Below, piece by piece: positions 54,100 to 64,000 of a DNA stretch of 64,000 nt (its first letter is position 1; the number at the start of each line of letters is the position of its first letter). This DNA comes from Octopus sinensis. Lineage: Eukaryota. Where the stretch lies: NCBI RefSeq assembly GCF_006345805.1, contig NC_042998.1, positions 27,962,001 to 28,026,000 on the forward strand, in the 5' to 3' direction. Position numbers and translations under genes: made by a program. The notes below the pieces were generated by a model. That model searched no databases. It was not told the origin of the DNA and saw only the letters and a list, made by a program, of their open reading frames with translations.

Positions 54100-57000
54100 G
54101 ATGGGGAAATCAGTCATGCTATCATGGGAGGATAATTCATCTTTCTGTAATGAATATTGTTCCCTACAGCGTCTGCTATTGATACAAGCGGGTTAAAAAC
54201 TGATTATCTTCTCTAGATAAATGCGAAGAAGCACATTTTATACTGTTGATTGTAAATGCAATCAGGAAGTGAAAATGAACGGAGGCTGAACACGTGGGAT
54301 GCACAAAAGCTGGAGAGGAGACTGGGGTCAGCTATCGTAGGTCGCGGAACTGCCGAGAGAAATGACAAAGGACCTTTCTATTGAAACAAGATGGCTGTCT
54401 TATTCCAAGAAAAGGCTAGGGAAATTATCTCGAATTGTTACATGAAAATCTCGAAGAGTTCTGACATCGAAATTGCCCCAACTATTCCCACTTCAGGGCC
54501 AAACAGTTGTGTCAACAAGGAATCAAAGTTGCATATTAAAGAATAGTTACACCATGCCACTGAATTCTCCCGAGAAGACCATAAACAATACGGAGTACAC
54601 CTGATACGATAACCACTATAGCAATGAAATAAACAGGTTGTCATTACATAGACGAGCCGTAACAAATTGGGAACAAACAGTTGTAAAGAGTGAATAATAC
54701 AAACTACTGAATATACACTTAACACCAAAATTCAAACAAAACTTCAACGTCAGCGTGAATGAACAATTACATGCTAGAACAGTTGCTGTAGAAATCGATC
54801 GATAGTAAAACCTACTGACCTGATGGTATTCGAATGTACCAAGTAGCTAAGGAACCACTTGCAGATGCTAAAAATCCCAGCTTTTAGACATTGAATGCTG
54901 TACTACATGGTGCTGCGATTATTATTCATGAACAGAGGGGAGTAACAGAGATGATCAAAACGGGAGCAAATATAAATATGATGCCGGCCCCAGACAAATA
55001 TTGTCAGACACAGGAAAAGTAATGAACAATTAAATTCTGTCATTAGGGGCGAAGTGAATTATAAATTCACTAACTACTAGCTGTGATTTTCTTATAGATT
55101 ATCTAAGGTCGAATGTCTCTGTTGAAAAGAGGAATTAACAAGCCAGCTAATTGCTCCTAAACATGAACTGCGCACGGTAAATGAACATATTCGTTATTGG
55201 GAATATTACTAGAATGCAAAGCTGTCAATCGCATGTTTGCACTAAAACTACAAGCAGTGTGTTACCACTCCATGAAAGTTTTTAATGCAGCTCCCGCGTA
55301 GAATAATCTTGAAAATTTTGGGAGCGACCTGGAATGTACAAACAAACCAACCTGATGCAATGTCGTTAGATAAATAGTGTAGTGAACACTTTTTATAGGT
55401 CGATACCGAAATTCATTATAACAATGGCAATAGTGCTCTGATGGTTGTTGCAAAACTGGACAAAAGTTCATCTCGGAGAGACCAGGTAGTCAGAAACATA
55501 GAAAGCTCACATTCTACAGAGTAGCCATATTTAACAAGTATAGCCAAAATCTACAGGTTTATAGTGTGCTTAAATGTCATGTGTTATTGAGTGCATTTCT
55601 CCAGTATTACTCCGAAGTACACAATATTATAATTGACAATCTGGCAAAATGGAGTCTGGGACTGTGGCGAACAACTTCTCATCAGCAAAGCGGTCATTTA
55701 GGAAGTGAAACAGCGCTGCCGAAATATGCTGACTGTGTGCTAAAAGAATAAGAATGTGTTTGTCTATGTTCGTCGTTCATGGAATATAGCATCATTACAT
55801 GTTGTCAAAGTTGTGGCTGTAGTCGCTGATGCTTTTAAGAGACTGCCAACAACAAGGACCACGTAGCTATCGACAGGAACTGACACTATCACAACAATCA
55901 CCGACAGAATTCGACAGCCATGAATGTTTTAGGGCGAATACTTGTCGTCCTTGCAGTGACGTCCTGTCCTCCCTGTTGATAAAATGCAAGGGTTTTACCC
56001 ACATGCTTACCCGTATGTAAATACACGTACATACAAACAGCTATCAACCAATTCAGATAGAAACAAATGTTAAAAGGAATTGTCTCGATTTAAATAAAAC
56101 TAGTGGAGCTTTGAATATTTTATTATCATCTCCAGAGTTGTGTTCGACAAGTTCCCGCAGTCAATATAGTGGTGGGAGTTTGAAATATTAAATCCTGTGA
56201 AAGTGTGTATATTATTGATCATTTGCATTCGCTCAACGCATTGTTTCAAACTACTTTCATGAACTACGATCACTCGAGACGGTGGCTGCAAGCATTTAGC
56301 ATTCTATATTATCAATCAACAGCTGTATTTATCACTTTGAAACATCAAAGAATTTCTTTTAAATAATCTACGTAACTGCATAGTGAATTTCAGTTATCTC
56401 TATTGATATTTCCTTTCAAAACTGGACACCTGCTACATGATTTCATAAATAATATCCTTTGCTACATTCTCTGCAGCACTTTGTTGAACAATTGTATAAA
56501 TATATATATATACCAAAAGCCAAATTAAGTTGGTTGTACGACATTTAATGGAAAAGAAGAAACAGCGTAAATTTTCTTTGAATGAAGCCAAACAATATTT
56601 GTTAAAATATTTCATTCAATATTTTCTCTTGCCCTTCAAATTTTCCTGAGATTAATTTTACTATTTTGCTTAGAAATAACGGGCAAAATACTGTATCTAT
56701 CTACGTTATTGTTCCCTTGTTCAAAATTGCTAATGTTTCTAGTTTTTGTAATAAATATATACCAAACAAAATCAATTGATTTGTAGAAATCATATAAAGT
56801 CTGACGAAAGTTTTTGTAGCATTTGGCTGTCTATTTTGCTTTGGATACAAACTTCGCCTCTAATCCCCATGGGTAGCCAACACAGTCCAATATTCAAATA
56901 GATGCTTTAATTCATTTATTTTTAATGTACTACATCAGGCTTTTGGTGTAGATTAAATTCAATATAGCTTAACTCGTTCAAAAAATCAATAACGTATGCA

Positions 57001-57256
57001 AATATTTGCCAGCTTCGGATGTATGACACTTATATGAATATTATTTCAGAGTCAATCAGCATATATTGAATCGCATAGAAATCTAGTTCAAGTGGGGAAA
57101 TATTAAAAAAAATTGCGTTATAGACGTGTAGACAATATAAATGTTATTGTGCTTAAAATTACGATGTTATATTCTTTCGCTAATTTTTGGAATTACAGCG
57201 TGATAGAAATAAAGGAATTGTTTATATACCGATACATATCCATGCAGATATACATA

Positions 57257-57330
<74 letters not shown>

Positions 57331-57334
<4 letters not shown>

Positions 57335-57525
57335 TAATCCAAACAAGAACGCACAAAAAAAACACAACAACGCGAGGACGTGGAACAAATATAGAATTAT
57401 TGGACGCTCAGGAAACAAGGAGGGTTTAACGTTTCGATCGGAGCTCTTCGTCGGAAACATAGGAGAAGGAAAGATCCAGAGAAGGGAAGACAGAGGAAAA
57501 ATCGCCAACGGTACACACGCGGTCA
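57331..57525 (-). mobile_element. Second copy of the C4-type HHR element (motif 57424-57458), embedded in (TA)n on both sides
   Basis: GTTT CCGACGA A GAGC tcc GATC GAAAC GTT^AAAC (one stem II mismatch). Confidence 0.75.
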
Positions 57526-57527
57526 TA

Positions 57528-57589
<62 letters not shown>

Positions 57590-57593
<4 letters not shown>

Positions 57594-58036
57594 TAAATAA
57601 ACTTAGATATGTTTCGACCAAAGATTGGTCCAGGCCATGTCTAACTTAATAGCACCACCTGATAGGATTATTCGAATCCTGTTTAAGTCAAGTTTTGTTC
57701 AAGTAGTGAGTTCTTGCTGGGTGAGTTGTATCCAATTATGGGTGGCTTATCTGGTATTCTTTGAAGGAATCTATCCAGACTCTGTTTAAAATTGATGGGA
57801 TCCTTTTCCTCTTTGATCTCTCTCGGGACAATATTAAATAGGGCAGGGCCTGTTGAGGAAAAGAAATTATGTTGCAGTGTACATGTATGTTGTGATCTTG
57901 AATTGGGCAGGGGACGTATAACCCGTGGTCCAAGTCTTGGATGAACCTTGAAGCTAATGTTTAGGTCGTTTGGGCAAAGTTGGCGGTATATTTTCCACAT
58001 CGTACAAATGATGTACCGCTCACGGCGACGCTGGAG
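57590..58036 (-). mobile_element. CR1/L2-group LINE 3' end in (TA)n
   Basis: RRRERY..MWKI...PN...FSSTGPALFNIVP...FKQSLDRFL..IPDKP...Y...NSLL, then short 3' UTR. Confidence 0.8.
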
Positions 58037-58048
58037 ATATATATATAT

Positions 58049-58147
<99 letters not shown>

Positions 58148-58373
58148 AGTAATTTTTTACTAGTTTCATCTTGTCTCTGTGTTTTCTCTCCGTGTTCATA
58201 TATGGACAATTAAGGTGGTTTTAGAGTCAGATCATGGCTGCTATTTTCAGCATGGTGATATCTCGTAGATACCATAACTTATAATTTTAATAATTATTAC
58301 CTTTGAAGGTTATTTTTTCCATGCTGACCACTTGATAAAATCGTTAATTTATTCTTAAATTAACGATCTTATT

Positions 58374-58440
<67 letters not shown>

Positions 58441-58959
58441 ATATATATATGTATGTATGTATGTATGTATATGTATATATATATATGTATATATATATAT
58501 GTATGTATATATATATATATATATATAAACTTGGAGAAGAGGAATAACGCGTGCGTTCGGTCATATAGTAATATAATAAATAAAAAAAATATATGCATAT
58601 ATACATACATATATGTACATACTTACATCTACATGTATATATACATGCATATATATATATGAGTACAGAACACTTATATTGTTTGTCATGTACTCTGTTT
58701 TTTCGTTGTTTAAAAAAAGTCCGTTTCCTTGTTTGATTTTATGTTCTCATCTCTCGTTGTGTTCTACGTTTATTTGTGGTGTCCTATACTCATATATATA
58801 TATATATATATATGCATGTATATATACATGTAGATGTAAGTATGTACATATAAGTATGTATATATGCATATATTTTATCCCTCTCTATATATATATAAAG
58901 CAAGCAAAATATCCAGTTAGAAAATCTCAATAAAGGGATGAAAGTAGTAACTATACTGA

Positions 58960-59518
58960 CAATATTGCTGTTCGATGTTACTACAGTTTTAACCGCAGCC
59001 TGGACCCTGTATATACTGCAAGCAGGGGAGAGAACCCCTACCATCCTACAGCAGACGACTGGATTCGATTTCGGGCTATTTCTGCCTATACTCAGTCGCG
59101 AACACTCGACCGCTAAAGAGAAGATAAGAGTCCACTCCAGTTCGCAATATATAGAAAACAAAGCGACCATCGGTCTTTGATTTGCATCAATCAAAGTGTC
59201 TAGTTAGAAAATGGCAATAAGAGATGAGAGTATAATTATACTGACAAGTATAGTTAATTAACACATCATTATTGATGCTGGATATATTTCGCGCTGGAAT
59301 AGACACTTGCCTTCTCTCTAGCGGTCGAGTGTTTGCGACTGAAGATGGGCAGAAAGAGTCCGAAACTGAATCGGTCTCGCGATCCCTTCGTTTGCTGGAG
59401 GATGGTGAGGTTTTGCTATTCTACATGCAATATGTACAGGGTGCACACTGCACCTGTAACAAGCTTGTGTATGACCTGCCAGGAGTTAAAACGGTAGTAA
59501 CATCGAACAGCCATATTG
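58960..59518. mobile_element. Old, diverged inverted pair of an HHR element
   Basis: 58960-~59130 aligns in reverse with ~59310-59518 with many mismatches. Confidence 0.7.
59333..59382 (+). ncRNA. Type I HHR with extra U after A9 (decayed mirror ~59055-59102 on minus)
   Basis: TTGCGA CTGAAGA T GGGC agaaaga GTCC GAAAC tgaatcg GTC^TCGCGA. Confidence 0.7.
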
Positions 59519-59837
59519 ATGCGGCGATTAAAATACATACAAAGGTCTCCTGAAAATGTCTTCGTTCAAATACTTTGTGCTACCACGAGTAAGCAAGTCT
59601 CTTTATAGTTGTAGCTGTTTTCTTCGAATTACCAGTCTTTAGAACACTCTTCCAGCTCATTGTTTTCCTCCTTCTTATAACCTGAACTCTTTCAAGTCTA
59701 AAATAAAATGATTCCTTTCGTCTTAATTTCTCCTTCTTCATAGAATTTGCGCCAGCAAGCTCCTCCCCTTGTTTGTGGTTTTCTTATAATAAAAATAAAC
59801 TGTGCATGTGTACCTGTGTGCTTATATTATGTATGCC

Positions 59838-59890
<53 letters not shown>

Positions 59891-59899
59891 GCATACATA

Positions 59900-60130
59900 A
59901 AGGCGGCGAGCTGGCAGAAACGTTAGCACGTCGGGCGAAATGCGTAGCCTTATTTCGTTCGTCGCTACGTTCTGAGTTCAAGTTCCGGCGAGGTCGAATT
60001 TGCCTTTCATCCTTTCGGAGTCGATAAATTAAGTACCAGTTGCGCACTGGGGTCGATGTAATCGACTTAATCCGTTTGTCTGTCCTTGTTTGTCCCCTTT
60101 GTGTTTAGCCCCTTGTGGGTAGTAAAGAAA
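59900..60130 (+). mobile_element. SINE family A
   Basis: Full head to tail. Confidence 0.9.
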
Positions 60131-60840
60131 TATATATATATGCATACATACATACATATGTATACGTATGCATATATATCCGCGCACATACATACATATT
60201 TTGGTATTAGTATATTTGCGCACGCGTGTATGTAGACATAGTATGTATTTAATGAGTCACTGTTTCACAGGAAAATCTAGCCGTGCTGTTATTAGTTATT
60301 TAATTGTTAGTATCAAAGCCTTTTGTCATCTAACACCTGTGATCTTGTAATTCTCGATGCATATGCCACCTTTCCTAACGATCAGCAATCAAAAGAATAC
60401 TTTATAAAGAGCAATCCATATTTAACATTAATATGACGAAACATTGATTCTAATACCAACGGAATTAATTAATTAGACACGAAGAAATGAATATTAACCA
60501 CAATCTGTGCTGGTGTTTAATATCGGTAAAGATTAATTTTCGAAAATAAAGCAATTTTGGTTTTAAATTGTCGGTTCACTTCAACACACCCGACAACTAC
60601 TTTACATAAAATTATGTATGGAAAGACTAGTCACAGTTTCATATCCCTTCCAGGTATTTTTATCACGTTTACCATTACGTGCAGACGCGTTTTCTACTAT
60701 TTGTTATTGATTTGAATATCTGGTGATATTTATTACAAAATGTGCTGTTAAACCGTTAACTAACAAATGTTAAAAGAATCTGTGCCTGTAGTTTTATACA
60801 ATACTTCAAGTTCGTATTTTGATCAATAATAATTCATAAC

Positions 60841-61022
60841 GAGTGGTTGTATACTGTCAACTTAGCGTGACAGTCCCGTGTTTGTCTCCCCTTCGTGAAT
60901 ATATAGGGACACAGGAAATGTGTCAAGGCCGACAGGAAGCGTCGATGCTTCCTAGGACTAAATAGCGGTGATGTAATTCCCTTACGGGACTGTCATGTTA
61001 AGTTGACAGTATACAACCACTC
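60841..61022. mobile_element. 182-bp MITE-like element with 39-bp TIRs
   Basis: gagtggttgtatactgtcaactta...gacagtcccgt pairs with acgggactgtc...taagttgacagtatacaaccactc. Confidence 0.6.
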
Positions 61023-61613
61023 TATCGCTCCACCACCGCTTATATCTCTATGAGATATTTAGAAATTTAATATTTCTAATTCATAACGTGAACCAAATTA
61101 ATTAATGTTCTTCCGATCAAGTTTCATTTTTTCTTAGCCAACACCCATGTTTATCAAAATGTACAAGATTAATATTTCAAACGAGTGATTTTCAAGGGTA
61201 ACCTGTTCAGATGTAATGGAGCTGCTATGCATATTTTATGAAACTGATACCAAATTTCACAAATATATTACCGTTGAAATGAAAACCATTTCTAGGTTAC
61301 TTGCATAATAACATGTTGACAATCAAGTAGAAGTATAAACGACAATAACAAAAATAATCGATGAGGTTAGAATTAAAATAAAAGTAATGTTTTTACTAGT
61401 TGTATTGATAAAGTAGATAGTAATCCGCTCGAAAGGCGGAAAGTTAAAAAAATGCCAAATAATTTTGACTATTTTCATGGCATTTTAATATCTATCGGTT
61501 GTGTAAAGGAGAAATTTAGCAAAAGGACAGTTATTATTGTTATTATTATTATTTTATAATTATTATCATCATCATCATAATCATCATCAACATCATCATC
61601 ATCATCATCATCA

Positions 61614-62003
61614 GGAGTGGCTGTGTGGTAAGTAGCTTGATTAGCAACCACATGGTTCCGGGTTCAGTCCCACTGCATGGCACCTTGGGCAAGTGTCTTC
61701 TACTATAGCCCCGGGCTGACCAAAGCCTTGTGAGTGGATTTGGTAGACGGAAACTGAAAGAAGCCCGTCGTATATCTGTATATATATATATGTGTTTGTG
61801 TGTCTGTGTTTGTCCCCCTAGTATTGCTTAACAACCGATGCTGGTGTGTTTATGTCCCCGTAACTTAGCGGTTCGGCAAAAGATACCGATAGAATAAGTA
61901 CTGGGCTTACAAAGAATAAGTACCGGGTCGATTTGCTCGATTAAAGGTGGTGCTCCAGCATGGCCGCAGTCAAATGACTGAAACAAGTAAAAGAGTAAAG
62001 AGT
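61614..62003 (+). mobile_element. Full-length SINE family B
   Basis: Complete head, CORE-like block and tail. Confidence 0.92.
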
Positions 62004-62058
62004 ATTATCATCATCATCATTATTATTATTATTATTATTATTTATTATTATTATTATT

Positions 62059-62131
62059 CAGATCACTGCTTGGAATCGAACCCCAGAATCTTGGGGTTAG
62101 TAGCCCGCGCTCTTAACCACTACGCTATGTG
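62059..62131 (-). mobile_element. Short tRNA-like SINE with (AAT)n tail
   Basis: Minus: cacatagcgtagtggttaagagcgcgggCT-ACT-AAcccc...ggttcgattcc...ctg(aat)n; A/B boxes present, poor acceptor stem. Confidence 0.65.
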
Positions 62132-62691
62132 AAAACCTGACACCAACATTCTGTGGTTTACAAAATGGGCTTATAGATATTAAATAATGTACTGCTTTAT
62201 CACTTTTCTTGTTGGGTATATTCACAAGCTGACGTTGCATTTTTAAAGGCAAGATTCAGTGTGACATTGACAGGTTAAATGAACCTGCTACTCACTGCAG
62301 TTTTGACCTTAACGAACACTATATACCAACGGAATCCCAACTTTGCAAATTGCAATCGAACTGCATCGACCATAATGTGCCCATCCTTTCTTATATGTTA
62401 TTTTGGCTTCCCATTGCTGCAGTGATTCAATTTAATTCGTTCCTCGGAATCCACTTCTATCAAACACAATAATGATGTATAGCTGAAGTGATTTTCAAGA
62501 TCCGTATTCATTTGCATTTATGATTCGGCTTGTCCTTGATGCAACGAAAGAACTCCCTGCCTGTCAAGCGAAGTTTATCCGATTTACATGTTGAATACAT
62601 TCACATACATATGTATGTATACACACACACATTCATATATATATATATGTGTGTGTGTTTGTGTTTATGTATATATGTGTGTATGCGTGTC

Positions 62692-62732
<41 letters not shown>

Positions 62733-62826
62733 CGTGTGTCTGATAATGATGGAACATATATAAAAATACAAAATGTTACTTACCATTAAATAGTGCATTC
62801 GTCCCCCCCTTTACGAATATATATAT

Positions 62827-62886
<60 letters not shown>

Positions 62887-63264
62887 AACCATGGCTTTGC
62901 GTAAACCATGGTCCGTTTTGTTCTCTTACTTTATTATCATCTTATAATCATCTCATAATAATGATTTTTATGACTCATATTACTACCTCAGTTAATCTAA
63001 GTGTATATATTTGTCTTTACCTGTCATAAATAGCCTTTTTTTTATTGGCAATGTGCATTTTCGTTGATTTTTCATATATTACCCTTATATTTCCACGTGT
63101 ATTTTAGATTTTCTTTTTATAACATATTCCTACTATATACTTATATATAGATTATATATATATTGGTTAAATAAAATGAGACAACATAGCCAAGGCAGAG
63201 TGAAATTTCTTAGGCATTTTATAATGAGAAGGTTAAACTTCATAGACGATATTATTATTATGGA

Positions 63265-63645
63265 AGCACTCCGCCGGTTACGACGACGAGGGTTCCGGTT
63301 AATCCGATCAACGGAACAGCCTGCTTGTGAAATTAACGTGTAAGTGGCTTAGCACTCCACAGACACGTGTACCCTTAACGTAGTTCTCGGGGATTTTCAG
63401 CGTGACACAGAGAGTGACAAGGCCGGCCCTTTGAAATACAGGTACAACAGAAACAGGAAGTAAGAGTGAGAGAAAGTTGTGGTGAAAGAGTACAGCAGGG
63501 ATCACCACCATCCCCTGCCGGAGCCTCGTGGAGCTTTTAGGTGTTTTCACTCAATAAACACTCACAACACCCGGTCTGGGAATCGAAACCGCGATCCTGC
63601 GACCGCGAGTCCACTGCCCTAACCACTAGGCCATTGCGCCTCCAC
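63265..63645 (-). mobile_element. Full-length SINE family C
   Basis: gtggaggcgcaatggcctagtggttagggcagtggactcgcgg head to ...cggagtgcttcc tail. Confidence 0.9.
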
Positions 63646-63653
63646 AATAGACG

Positions 63654-63723
<70 letters not shown>

Positions 63724-63853
63724 ATATAACACCTAAATGTCCGGATGTTTTGCGTTCTTGTCCCATTTTCTATCTATCTATCTATCTATCTATTTATTTA
63801 TCTATCCATCTATCTATCTATCTATCTAGCCCTGTGTGGCTAATAAAGAAACA

Positions 63854-63890
<37 letters not shown>

Positions 63891-64000
63891 GTGAACACCC
63901 GTTAAAAGGAGGGCTGGGCATGCCGTGGTTGATGATGCGCAGACACGCGCTGAGACTGCGACATCTCTGGCTCTATGTAGACGACGGTGAGCAGGTGTGG

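Noticed and set aside
54250-54650. Possible Ty3/Gypsy integrase-region remnant (DGCL..IP..LELLHE)
   Set aside because: Only scattered residues across broken frames; no LTRs seen; needs tBLASTn.
62059-62131. tRNA-Ser(ACT)-like gene
   Set aside because: Acceptor stem does not pair well and an (AAT)n tail follows; better explained as a SINE. Other tRNA-like heads are also SINEs.

Overview
AT-rich, microsatellite-dense eukaryotic DNA, most likely an octopus (inferred from the tRNA-derived SINE families and the (TA)n/(CATA)n/(TATC)n/(TAA)n load; not database-confirmed). No complete host gene is visible, only two weak candidate exons. The window is mostly mobile DNA: three abundant SINE families, two Helitron derivatives, a mariner relic, two RLE-type LINEs, a CR1-like 3' end, and Penelope-like element (PLE) fragments with GIY-YIG endonuclease. 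The main hidden structure is a set of roughly ten unrelated small elements carrying type I hammerhead ribozyme (HHR) folds. They recur as inverted pairs whose ribozyme-sense strands always point outward, often ending in (TA)n tracts. Several have non-canonical cores (U3:A8, C4, U6, or an extra base after A9). One is a 363-nt tandem monomer that looks like a retrozyme (candidate circular RNA), and one terminates a 5.8-kb palindromic PLE. All ribozyme calls are fold-by-eye predictions and are untested.
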